Shown: positions 49,752 through 61,099 of the stretch, in pieces
Numbering within the stretch: position 1 is the stretch's first letter
Layout of the letters: the number at the start of each line of letters is the position of its first letter
Assembly: GCA_973895155.1 (NCBI GenBank)
Contig: OZ316896.1
Span: 15,162,684-15,226,683, forward strand
Source of the DNA: Marsupella aquatica
Lineage: Eukaryota; Plantae; Marchantiophyta
Direction of reading: 5' to 3'
DNA: 64,000 nucleotides
Position numbers and translations under genes: made by a program
Notes under the pieces: generated by a model
What the model was told of the DNA's origin: nothing
Seen by the model: only the letters and a program-made list of their open reading frames with translations
Database searches by the model: none

Positions 49752-52700
49752 TCACTCTTCATCTGAATCTTCTTCACCTTCCCAGACATCATCATCATCA
49801 CTATCACTTCTTGTCAACACTGCCATCTCCTGAAAAACTACAATTTCTCCTTCATCCAAGGGCAGTCGTCTGTTAGCTGCTGCAACAAGCTCAGCCTCAA
49901 CAGCCTCATGACGATCCACAAGATCATTAAACTCAAGGTCATTTATACCCTCAACAACTCGTCGAGACCTCCCTTCCTTATGGAGGACATGTCTCCAAGA
50001 GGCCCTGGCTGTGTTTGGGTAAAAGAAAACCTGCTCAATCTGACTGGGCAAGACATAATCTAATTTCTCAGCTGAGGGATAAGGCATATTAAAATTAGCA
50101 AGCCATAGGCCAGTCTCATCATGTTTCATTGATGGATTAGACCTCTCCTCTCCCCACTTAGACCGCACCCACTTTGCCTTCAAGATTATGGCTGGTTCAG
50201 AATGTAACAGAGGTCCATAGTCAAGCACAAGTATCTGTGTCATAACCCCCACATATGTAAGCTTGGCCAAATTCACTCCAGTTTCTTCCCTGATCTGCTC
50301 ATGGAAAGTTGTGGCCACCCCTGAATCGAATGTAGCATATCCTTGACAATCAGTGTCCCTGAGAGTGGACATCTCACGCCATTCACCATTCCTATCTTTG
50401 CAGCGCATCACTCTGTAATGGTTCCCAAAAGCCTTCATTGAATTGTAAGACAAAGCCTTCTGGCTTGGTGGAAAAGAAATTGCAGTCAACAACAACTTGT
50501 CCTCATTGTCATCCAGGTTAGCCTTGTGTATTGTATCCCTGAACCACACTCCAAAAGGAATGGAAGCAAATTCAGCAGGACAGGCCATTGCTTGACGTCT
50601 GCCTCGTCGTCGTTCTGCATTATTTTGTCTTACAACAGCTTCCCTTTCTATCCTTCGCTCCTCCTCTTCTGACTCATACAACCTTCCAAGCAAGCAAAGA
50701 ACAATGTCAGATATCATAAAAGAAATACTGTCTTATTGTGAAAGCGCATTTAGAACTACATTACTGAACACTGAGACAGCCATAAACAAAATGAGCTTAT
50801 CATGTACCTGAGCCATGGTGCAACCTGTACATGGTTCTGTAGGTAATAGGTGTGGGCAGCATCTCGATCAGCAACAGTTAGAGACAGTTTACTTGAGGCC
50901 CCTTCCAGGACCACACCTTTAACCCCTGCCTCTTCTTCAGAGTCCCAGACCCGCTGCCAAGTTACTTTGCACTGAACCATATACTCTGTGAGAAATCCCA
51001 ATGCCTCCTCTAGGATATAACCCTCAGCCATAGATGCCTCTGGTCGTGCCCTATTTCTTACAAAAACCCTTTAGGTTTTTCAGGTATCTCTCGATTGGAT
51101 ACATCCACCGTTGTGATACAGGTCCACATATATCTAGCTCTTCCACTATATGCACCATCAAATGTGTCATGACATCAAAAAATGAAGCTGGAAAATGCAT
51201 TTCCAGAGCACACAAAGTATGTGCCACATCTGTCATCAGTTCATCCTTAGTGCTAGGGTCCCAGACCTTACAGCAAATTTTACGCCACACACGACACACA
51301 CTAATGATAGCCATTCGAGGTCCTGTTGCTATCAAGTCCTTCAATGCCAAGGGAAGTATCTGCTGCATTTGGCAATGGTAGTCATGAGACTTGAGACCAG
51401 CCAACTTATTGCTGGCTCTCACACACTTTGCCAATGAGCTACCAAAATCTGTGGGAACTTTCAAGTTCTTCAAAGTGCCCAGAAACTTCTCCAACTCTGG
51501 TTTGCTCATCACATAGGGCGCCTTGGGCTTCACAAAGTGATCCTTCTTATTGTTTGGATGAGGCTTCATCCATAGCTGCTCGTGAATGCCTTCAGCCTCC
51601 ATATCATTCCGCACAGCAATGGTATCCTTCTTCCCAGAAGTAGTGTGAATCAAATTCTGAGCAATGTTCTTCTCTGTGTGCATGGGATCCAGCACATGGT
51701 TGATCAGAAGTTTCTGTATGCAAACAACAAAAAGCAAATCAGTCCAACTGCAAATTGACATGTGTGTACAATGCTGGTTGCAATATCTTCAAGTAAAAAA
51801 CGTGAATGCAAGTGTGATTTTACTCACCGACCAGTATGGCAGCTTTGCAAGCCCTTGTGTCCTCTTCACCCCATGAAGCTTCGAAGGACAGTTCTTGCTT
51901 CCTTGTTTGGCCCCAGGTGTTTTCAAGTACTCTTCCACCTCAGCAGCAAAGGCTAATTTTTGCTCACAAGTCATCCTTGGGGGAGGCCCCTGTGGCTCGC
52001 ACTCCCCATCAAATTTTGCTGCATAACTTTGGGAGCGGTACTTATGGTTCTCCTCCAACCACCTTCTACTCCCCAGAAATACATTTTTGGATAGAGCAGC
52101 AGACCTTCTGCAGCTCACATTGGGACCACACACAATGCATCCATGATATCCTTTTGTGACTTGACCCGATATGAGACCCAAAGCTGGATAGTCATTCACT
52201 GTCCACAATAGAATGGCCCGCAGATTGAACCACTTATTCAGGCCAGGCCTATCAAGTGAATCAAAGCATGGAACTCCCTCCCAGAGCTCCAAAAGCTCCT
52301 CCAACAATGGAGCCATGTAAATGTCAATGTTGCGGTCAGTCACTGAATCAGGCCCAGGGATCAGCAAAGATAACATAATGAAGAACTTCTTGGTGGACAA
52401 CCAAGGGGGCAAATTGTAATTCAACAATACCACAGGCCACGTAGAATGCTTGAGGTTGTTTTCCCCAAAGGGATTCACACCATCCAGAGCCAATCCAAGG
52501 TGTACATTGCGAGGCTCTGCTTCAAATGTTGGATCAATTGTTGTATCAATCTCCTTTCATGCCCTAGAATCTGCAACATGCCGGACCTTTCCATCTGTGC
52601 TTTTACTGTCCTTATGCCATGTCATCAACTCTGAAATAGCCTTGCACCTGTACATTCGTTTCAACCTGGGTATGAGGGGGAAATGTCGAAGGACTTTCAT

Positions 52701-53593
52701 AGGTGCTTTGATTGCCCAACCTGCTTATACCTAGGCTTTTTGCACAGTGGACACTCATCGCAATCAGCATGCTCCTTTCTAAATAGGACACATCCATCCT
52801 CACAAGCATGAATTTTGACATAATCCAAGCCAACATGACTGATTAGCTTCTTGCATGCATATAGGTTTTTAGGCAGCAGATTCTTAGCAGGCATCAACTG
52901 TTTCCCCATCAACGAAAGCAGTTCATCAACTCCAGAGTTGGTGAAACCATGATTATGGCATGTGTTTAGAAATGTCAACACAAATGACAATTGGGAAGTA
53001 GTGGACCCCTCATACAAAGGGGCACACGCCTCTTCAAATGCTCGCATCATCTTCTCCTCTGCCTGTTGGTCCCAAATCTGAGATGTTGCTTCTCCAGATG
53101 TACTGTCCGCCTCCAGAAGATCATCCATGTTGAAGAGACCCTCTTCACTTTCCTGCAAAGTGGGCTCCTCTGCAGTGGTTTCTTGGACGGGTTCACTGGC
53201 ACTAGCAGTTTCACTTGGTATTGCTAGGTCCTCTAGTATCCCAGGGATATCTATGCCACAATCCATATCATTGGCAAGTTCCTCTGCACATCTTGCATTG
53301 TCCACAGGGCCCTCAAATGCACCATCCCCCTCCATGCATCGTGCATTCCACTCATCATCAGAAGAGTCACAGTCCTCTCCCCACCAATACCTTTGCGATG
53401 GGTGGCGAGAATTCTGAATGAGGTGCTTTTTAACAGTCCCTAGACTAACACGATTACCCCTACAGTTGCAAATGTAGCAAGGACATTTTATCTTTGTCAT
53501 CCCAGCAGCTCTACAGGCTGCAGTCTGTCGACGCCACAACTTGTCATCCCTCCTATTCAAGTCATCTTGACTACCACGAAAGTTCCTCAACAT
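49752..53593 (-). pseudogene. CACTA TnpD/Tnp2 transposase, 3 exons (~53593-51828, 51715-50808, 50682-49752), with lesions
   Basis: KIKCPCYIC, YVKIHACEDGCVLF, RHFPLIPRL, LALDGVNPF, YNLPPW, NDYPALG, DPMHTEKN, GLKSHDYH, FFDVMTHL, GPV..RWMYPIERY, MAEGY. Frameshifts at ~52700 and ~51055 and a TGG>TGA stop at ~52558. Confidence 0.95.
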
Positions 53594-53845
53594 TGTTTCA
53601 GGCACTTCAAGTCAATCCAATCAATGTCTTCCACTCAATTTGCCAAAATGCAGAGGACCCACGTACCTTGCAACCTCTGCAAGCTCTCTGGATACTGCAA
53701 TCCTCCACTCTAATGGTACCAGCACTGGACTCCACACCTCTAGGCTACTCTGCATGTACATCCATGACCATATCAGAATACAATGGTGTGTAGTCATAGA
53801 AACCCACTCCACTAGAGTGATATCAGATCTGTGAATCTTATCAGA

Positions 53846-54370
53846 TCAGTACAAATACCACTCCTGTGCTCGATTATAGTCAACCCTCAGGTACTCAGGC
53901 AAGTACATTAAGTCATCTAAGTCTAACCCAAGATCATGCCATGGTGGTCTACGATCTGTGCCTACAAGTAGTAGTTTCAATGCCTTCCATTGTGGGGACA
54001 TGGCTACCAAGTCCCTCCATTGGGTACTAATGAGTCGATATTGGCTAATGTCCTGCGCTGATGACATGGAAAGAACCCTAGGCCATACATTTGTGACTAC
54101 TAAATCATATGGCAAAACATGTAGCAAACTACTACATTCCTCATCATCCTCTTCACACCCGGCTTCACACTCATCTGCCGAAAAGTAAACCTCCTCCTCA
54201 TCTGCCTTACAATACTGTACAACAGATTCAAGGTTGACAATGGTTCTGCCAGGTGGGGGTACAAATTGTCGGATTACCAAACCAACCAGCCAAACCACCA
54301 CAAAATACATCCATGTAGCCACCCGTATGAGGAGTCTACATATGGTGTGGCGGTCTGGAATAAATGACAT
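53846..54370 (-). CDS. CACTA cargo ORF: hydrophobic/TM segment, acidic FFAT-like motif and F-box-like domain (174 aa)
   Basis: WMYFVVVWLVGLVI; EEEVYFSADE; LHVLPYDLVVTNVWPRV...YRLISTQWRDLV. Uninterrupted ATG-started ORF. Confidence 0.6.
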   Translation of the reverse strand: MSFIPDRHTICRLLIRVATWMYFVVVWLVGLVIRQFVPPPGRTIVNLESVVQYCKADEEEVYFSADECEAGCEEDDEECSSLLHVLPYDLVVTNVWPRVLSMSSAQDISQYRLISTQWRDLVAMSPQWKALKLLLVGTDRRPPWHDLGLDLDDLMYLPEYLRVDYNRAQEWYLY

Positions 54371-54996
54371 ACCGAGTGTAGTGTTTCACCTCCAACATTC
54401 ACTGGTGAGAACCTACAACATGGACATGACAATAAGCTCAGCTCCCTCATAATTTGTACTTGCCACTCCATAGTTTTCTCTTTTGAGTTCATACTGTGAA
54501 TTTTTATTTGCAGAAAAGTTTTACGTTTTATGTCTTTGTTTCATGTGTTTAGGATGCTTCTTTCAAACCTGAAACTCTATTGCTACCCACAGACAGCAGG
54601 TTGAAGAAAATACCCCATTGACAATGCCCCATCCATGACACCCAACAAACAAGACAACCAGATAAACACTGGGTCCAAACAATTCAATCACATCCACAGT
54701 ATTGACATCCATAAACATCAACTAGGATGGACCTCATACTGGTATACAAAATAATTACCAAATAAATAAGTAGAGTTTGAGTACTTTGATTTTCTAGACA
54801 GCTGGCCTTAGTCAATTAAACCCAAAGCATTGTCTCCATGCTCGTGCTAACCATTCACACAGTGAATAAAATGTGTGAACAAAATGTGTAAACAAAATGT
54901 GTGATGCGGACAAAACGTCATTGTTCCATTAACTAACTAAGTGTATCGATGTCTATAGTAGTATTGATGTATTTGAACCAAAATGGACCACGTCAA

Positions 54997-55650
54997 TCAA
55001 AGCCAGGAGATGTGATCATGAGCTGCTGTGCCTAGAGCAGGGTCAATAGGATGGTCAGGACAGTAAATCATCCAACGTCCCTGGTCATGTGCAGTATGAT
55101 GCCAGGGCACTCTGTCCGGTGCAAAACCTTGACGCTGGCTCTCGGCTAGGCAAGTACGATGCCAAGTTTTGGGACATCTCAAACACTGCACGGCCTCTGC
55201 CAGATGAGGGTCACGATGGTCTTGCTGGCATGCAACACATGTATGGATGGGGCAAGACTCCACATCAAGTGGCAAGCATCCATGACAATAAAAACGAACA
55301 CAATATGGCTGGGGGCACTGCCTGGCTACAGCAGAGACAATGCCACACTGAAAACACCTGTATGTCTTATCCTTACACTCTGGACAATACCAAGGATCAT
55401 CATCCTTGCCTGGTGCAATAAATACGGCAGGGCACGTGCCGACAACTTCACCAACTTTGGAAACATGGTGGAAGTGCCGATGGCAAGCCCCATCACACAT
55501 GGCCAGATCTCCATGCCAGTCACAAATGCCACAAAGCTGGGGACTACACTGACGTTTCTCAATGTCTGACCACAATTCAATCATCAACACATCTTCCTCC
55601 TTTCTCGTTCGAGTATCATTCTTTCTGGCTTTATGCTTGGTCCTAGCCAT
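54997..55650 (-). CDS. CACTA cargo ORF: H3-tail-like N-terminus plus EDM2-type PHD finger cassette (217 aa)
   Basis: MARTKHKARK; CGICDWHGDLAMCDGACHRHFH..WYCPECKDKTYRCFQC..CPIHTCVAC..CLRCPKTWHRTCL..IYCPDHPIDPALGTAAHDHI. Collinear with the EDM2 PHD region as I recall it. Confidence 0.85.
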   Translation of the reverse strand: MARTKHKARKNDTRTRKEEDVLMIELWSDIEKRQCSPQLCGICDWHGDLAMCDGACHRHFHHVSKVGEVVGTCPAVFIAPGKDDDPWYCPECKDKTYRCFQCGIVSAVARQCPQPYCVRFYCHGCLPLDVESCPIHTCVACQQDHRDPHLAEAVQCLRCPKTWHRTCLAESQRQGFAPDRVPWHHTAHDQGRWMIYCPDHPIDPALGTAAHDHISWL

Positions 55651-56481
55651 TAAGACCACTGGACATTCATGAACAAGAAAACTTGAAGAGTTATTACACT
55701 GCTAAATTGGCTGTCATAAAACACGTACTACCACTTGCATATTGCAATCCAATATGGGGCCAGGATGCAGAGGACTCACCAACTGTACTCAACCAAGAGG
55801 AAGGCACTGAAATTTGGAGATTGTCTTGATCGGTTTCAGATGTCGATCTCAATCCCCTCTCACGTCACAAGATGTAAAACAAGGATTCATAATCTGCAAC
55901 AACACAAATGTGACACAAAATAGTCATTGGACTACTGTATACATGCATCTGATGTTTTGTTTCAAACTCCTTCTGTAACTAAAGGTTGCCTCAGACTCAT
56001 TCAATACTATTCCAATTATGCAAAGGACAATAGGCTTGCCATTGAACTCAGAAAAATAATTGCATAGACACTCTTCAACTTTCTTCATTCACTGTACCCG
56101 ATCTAGAGCCATAAGGCATATGTGCGAGGGGGGAGTGGGAGTCATTGACAGAGACTTTAACTATTGGATTCAACTATCAGTTAACAGTAGATTGTGGGCC
56201 TTCTGGAACAGAGTCTTGAACAGAGATGTTGAGTGGACTGGTGACATCTTAGATTAAAATGTTGTGCTTAGTAGATAGGATTTTTGCAATATACTTCAAA
56301 ACTTTAATTCCACTGAGGTGTTCAAACCCTCAATCCAAAATTGTACAAATATAGAAAAAGTCAGAGCAGTTCAAGTTATTTCTCAGTGTTTAAGTTACTA
56401 TTTCATCCAAAAATATGCCTTATCTCATTGCATCCTGGTACGTGCATATTGTGTTAGAATTCCTGCAGCTGTAAACTAACT

Positions 56482-56934
56482 TCAAATCAAACATGATGTG
56501 TTCGAGAAACCCCCAATAGCGGGGTTGGGCAGGGCTGGACACCCAAGATCACTATCCACACCATTCAACAATGCAAAGTGATTCCAAAGGATGCACATCC
56601 TCCTACTTTGTTTAGCGGCTTTGTCAGCACCGACCAGGGTTTTTGGGTTGACCACCCTACAAGCAACGCAGTCATACTGGCAAGAATGGATACATCCATG
56701 CGCTAGGATGGCCTTGACGTGTGGCACTTTGCCAATAAGTGACACATACACCACGGATGTGGGAAAGGGTAATGCCACAGGTGGAGGCTGGCTGTAGTCA
56801 TTCTGGACTACAACTGGATAACGAAAATACCATGCAGAGTGGGCTGGCCATGTGCCACGTCTGACAAACTCCAGACGCAATCTCTCTGCGGTGCCTGCAA
56901 GACTCTGAGAATGAGCGCTGCGAGTCCTCACCAT
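56482..56934 (-). CDS. CACTA cargo ORF, 150 aa, unknown function, with a Cys/His cluster
   Basis: Intact ORF with good start context (gctATGG), preceded by a tttcag acceptor. HGCIHSCQYDCVAC motif. No family recognised. Confidence 0.45.
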   Translation of the reverse strand: MVRTRSAHSQSLAGTAERLRLEFVRRGTWPAHSAWYFRYPVVVQNDYSQPPPVALPFPTSVVYVSLIGKVPHVKAILAHGCIHSCQYDCVACRVVNPKTLVGADKAAKQSRRMCILWNHFALLNGVDSDLGCPALPNPAIGGFSNTSCLI

Positions 56935-58957
56935 AGCTTTTCTCGATCATGTCCTGTGCTGCTTTGCTCACGTCCACAGCAAGTCCACTCGCTCCTGAAA
57001 CTATAAGACCATGGTTAAAAAACTGGAGATTTCATCACTGACCCAGAATTTCAGTTTATATACAGGGATGAATCCCTGAACGTTTTAAAGGACAAGCTCA
57101 GACAGGCTCAAGACTTTCCCAATGCCAACAGTTGGTCATTCTATGTACCCCAAACACAAACAAGACTCCATTAACCATAATAGAGTACCAAATAGGATTC
57201 CAAGATTCATAAAAGAGAAGCAACAGCAGGAGACAAGATGAAGAAACTCAAAACATACCATTGACCATACCAGAGTTTTCAATCGGACGGCAAGACCGAT
57301 AGTAGGCCTAGCATTGATCAAGACAGACAAAACTCTGATACTAGTATAGCAAGTAAAGAGCTTCTTCTCTGCAACAAAACCAGTTTGTCTCTATTTCAAC
57401 TGTGAACCATTAGTCTCTATTTAAACAGTTAACCCGGGACGTGGAGAGGACAAGACTATTAAATGACAAGACTATTAAATGACAAGACTAAAGAGTATTT
57501 CATTCTTCCATTCTGTACTCATCTATAGCAAACAGCAAGCAATATGTGACCAGTATGCTTCTGTAAGCCTTACAGACCAGCAATATGTGACCTTAAAGAG
57601 AGGCTTTTGACAGGAATTCCGGTGAACACGGCCATCCACCAACGAGGGATAGGGGTAGTCCATACAATGAGCAAAACTGCAGAGAAGAAGGCAATGACAC
57701 GGATGATGGGAATCCAAAATAGCCAATAGGTACAGAGGATGAGATTCTGAAGCCCAAGCAACAAAGCGGAGTAGCTAGCAACCTAAACCTTGCTCTCGAC
57801 CGCCACTCAAACTTGCAGCTGATCGAATCCTGACTCTCAAAGTTGTAGCTGAGTCTTGCCTCTCAAACTTGCAGTGGCCCTCAAACTCGTACCTCACTCC
57901 CAACTCTCAAATTTGCACCTCAATCCCAGCTCTCAAACCTAGCAAGTCGATCGCTGATCACTCAAACACCTATATAACAAATTCTAATGAAGTTCTAGCT
58001 AATAAAACTCACAGCAACTTGCAGCGCAAGTGAACTCACCGTCGTAGCAGTTGGCAGGCGTCAATTGAGTTCACCTCAAATCTTGCAGCATTACAAGTGT
58101 AGCCCAACTCAAAGGTTGCAACAGAATTTTAACTCACTGTTACTCAAACTTGATCAGCAGCAGCAAGTCACTTCTTGAAACTGATCTTGCTGCACCTCCT
58201 AAAACTGCAAGTCGCATGTCAAGTCGTCTGAGCCTCAAACTGATGTTGCTGCGCCTCCTACAACTAATGTTGTTGCGGCTCCTCAAACTGCAAGTCGCAT
58301 CTCAGATGCCCAAAGCAGCAATGTAAGCGCAGCCCAAACAGTCAAACTCAATTGGAGACAACAACTTACCAGCTCAATCGGAGACAGCAACTTACCAGCT
58401 CAATCAGATGCAACAACAGCATGCGCACATCCCAGACTCAGTTGCAATTGATAACCCTTGCACAACCTCCTCAGTGAGAGAATATGCAAGAAGCTCCCTA
58501 ATATAGCTAAGGATCGAAGGTTTTTGCAATCAACGGAAGTGAGAGGAGTTACCGTAAGTCTTCACAAAATGAACCCAAGTTGGGGCTGGCTGCCGCTCGC
58601 TCAATGATAGCAAGTACAGTTGGGCAGCGATTGGAGGAGCCGAAGCCCGATGGATCCCGCAGCCGTGACCTCGTGCAGCTAGGGCAGCGATTGGAGAGGC
58701 GAAGCCCGATGAGTTCATCAGCAAAAGAAAGAATTCCGCAGCGGTGAGCTCACAGTCTCACATTCTCACAAGGCAACAGACCACATTCAGACCTAGACTG
58801 CCTGCAGATCCAACTCCCGTTTGGAAAAAGTGTTACCCAGGTTGAAGCTCAACTCAATGAAGTACCAGCTCACAGTTGGCAGACCCTAAATCGCAGCTTG
58901 CAATGATTGAGAACTCTATCAAAGCCCGTAGCTCGCTCCAACAGCTTGTAGCTGGAG

Positions 58958-59206
58958 CCGCACAACACAACACTCCTGCGCAGCCCTCCCGCAGCGCTCC
59001 GCAAAGCACTCCCGCAGCACACTGCACAACACAACACTCCTGCGCAAATCTCCGTGACCCACTGCCGAGAAGAATGATAATGGACCCAGCTCAATCGGAT
59101 AACAGTGAGCTAGCTTGGACGCGCAGCTCCGCACAGCACAACACTCCTGCATAGCCCTCCCTCAGCGCTCTGCAAAGCACTCCCGCAGCACACTACACAA
59201 CACTCC
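58958..59206. repeat. CpG-rich imperfect direct repeats (~171-bp period) in the putative CACTA leader
   Basis: ccgcaca.cacaacactcctgc..agccctccc.cagcgctc.gcaaagcactcccgcagcacact x2. Confidence 0.8.
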
Positions 59207-59280
59207 CACAGCTCCACGAGCCCTGATCTGATTGCAAACTCTTTGGGCAAAACAGAAGCGCAACTCTCGGGTATGCAACT

Positions 59281-59296
59281 CCCCTTTTTATAAGGC
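59281..59296 (-). promoter_or_regulatory. Putative TATA box of the CACTA transcription unit
   Basis: Minus strand gccttataaaaagggg at the boundary between the AT-rich upstream DNA and the GC-rich leader. Confidence 0.5.
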
Positions 59297-61099
59297 AAGT
59301 TTTTAATTCCTTATAATGGCCTTATATCCAATTGACCATCTTAGATTTCGTTTTAGTCTACTAAAGTCTTGTACCTCTGAACTCAAGGAATCCAAAAATG
59401 TAACTTAAAAAAAAAACCAAACATGTTTTGATGTACAAAAAATTGATCAAAACCAAGTTATATGGGTTTTTTTTAATACAGGGGTCTACAGCAAAACTAG
59501 CCAGCTTTTTAGGATTTTTATTAAAATTTTAAAAATATTTTAATAAAAATTACAACATGTATAGGAATATTTTTTAATTTCATATGGAAAATGAAGAAAA
59601 CCAAACCTTTTATATGACTTGAAAATTTTTAAAAGTGGAAAACCCAGGTTTTTTCAAATTTTAATTATTTTGTATAGCCAACTTTTTAGTCCATATAAAA
59701 ATGTAGACCCCTGTCTATTATATAAGACTTGCGTACCCGGGGCGCAACTTTGCTAAACCCGGGGCTAAACCCCTCGACTCCCTCGCCCTAAACGCTTTGT
59801 GGCAGACACACAAACACAACATTCAACGTTGAGTCTCGATAGTTTGTGGGAAAAATAAAACTTGACTCACAGGCCTGCGGGTGCAAAGGGTGCAAAGAGC
59901 CGTTTGGCGCGAACCTAACTGACATGTCAGCCGGCCCCTAGAGTGATCTCAGCCGTCCGGATGAAATGAGACTGCCTTGAGTGATCTCAACCATCAATGA
60001 GGCTGAATTTGATGTTAAGCCAAGGCCCCCAATCCCTCTACTTCAAGTGTCTCAATTACACTCCAAGCATTGTCTAACCCCACAAAATAAGTGCTAAGTC
60101 ATGACAACTCTGCCCTCTCAATGTATAGCAAAAAACCAATAATTTCCAATATGCCACCAACAATATTAGGTGGTATAATTAGGTACTAGTAAGTATTGTC
60201 ACATGCACTAGACTTTCTTTGTGTGAAAAATGACATCATCCATATGGACTTTTTTGTGTCATTAATGAAATGATCTAATACGAGTCTGACTAATATAATG
60301 CCAATTCAAACATTTGTCCTAAACCCATATTTTATTTTATAGAGTACCCAATGAGCTATCACTTTTTGCCTATTACCAATTTTAATACCCTAGTACTCCT
60401 TTAAAGTGTGTTACAAATCACACAAAGCTTGAGAAGAAATGTAGGTGGTGCCATGTCACCAAACAATACTTTTTCTATGACACTCAGTTGAGAGTTACAT
60501 AAACCATCCGGAAACCCCTCGCTTCTACGTGCCCTAAACCCTGTACTTCATTTAAATTGCTATCATATTCTCTGGATATATTATTATCCCTTGGCACCAT
60601 TCACTTAACTTCTCTGGTAATTTAATTATCCACTCCGACCTTCAATCACTATGTTTTTTGTCAATGTTAAGTGGTATATATGTAGTCTTGCAGGTATAAT
60701 CCTTGGGAACCACCACATCCAAAGTGGTTTTGGCCAATCCTAAAAAACACCCCACTACTTACTTGATTGCAAGTTGTTAAAAAGAAACTATAATTATTGT
60801 ATCACAAAAATGGGGAACCAAACCACCACATTCAAAGTGCTTTTGCCAGCCCTCAAAAACCCACTACCTCTTTGCCAGTGGTTTCAGCAGTCTATCACTA
60901 AAATGTTGGTGACATTGTTACTGCACTGTGGTGAGAATCCGGTATGACATGATCTGTAGTGGTATTTACAAGATCTCTGTCCCTTACTTGATTGTCAGTT
61001 ATTTGTAAATTACAACATTATGTCATTTATCACTCAAGACTAGGTGATGGTACTAACACTAGAATACATGTGAGAGTTTGGAACCACATTGTTATTGAA

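Noticed and set aside
57136-57781. Small hydrophobic minus-strand ORFs within the CACTA cargo region
   Set aside because: 60-67 aa, non-ATG starts and no motif; cannot be supported without conservation data.
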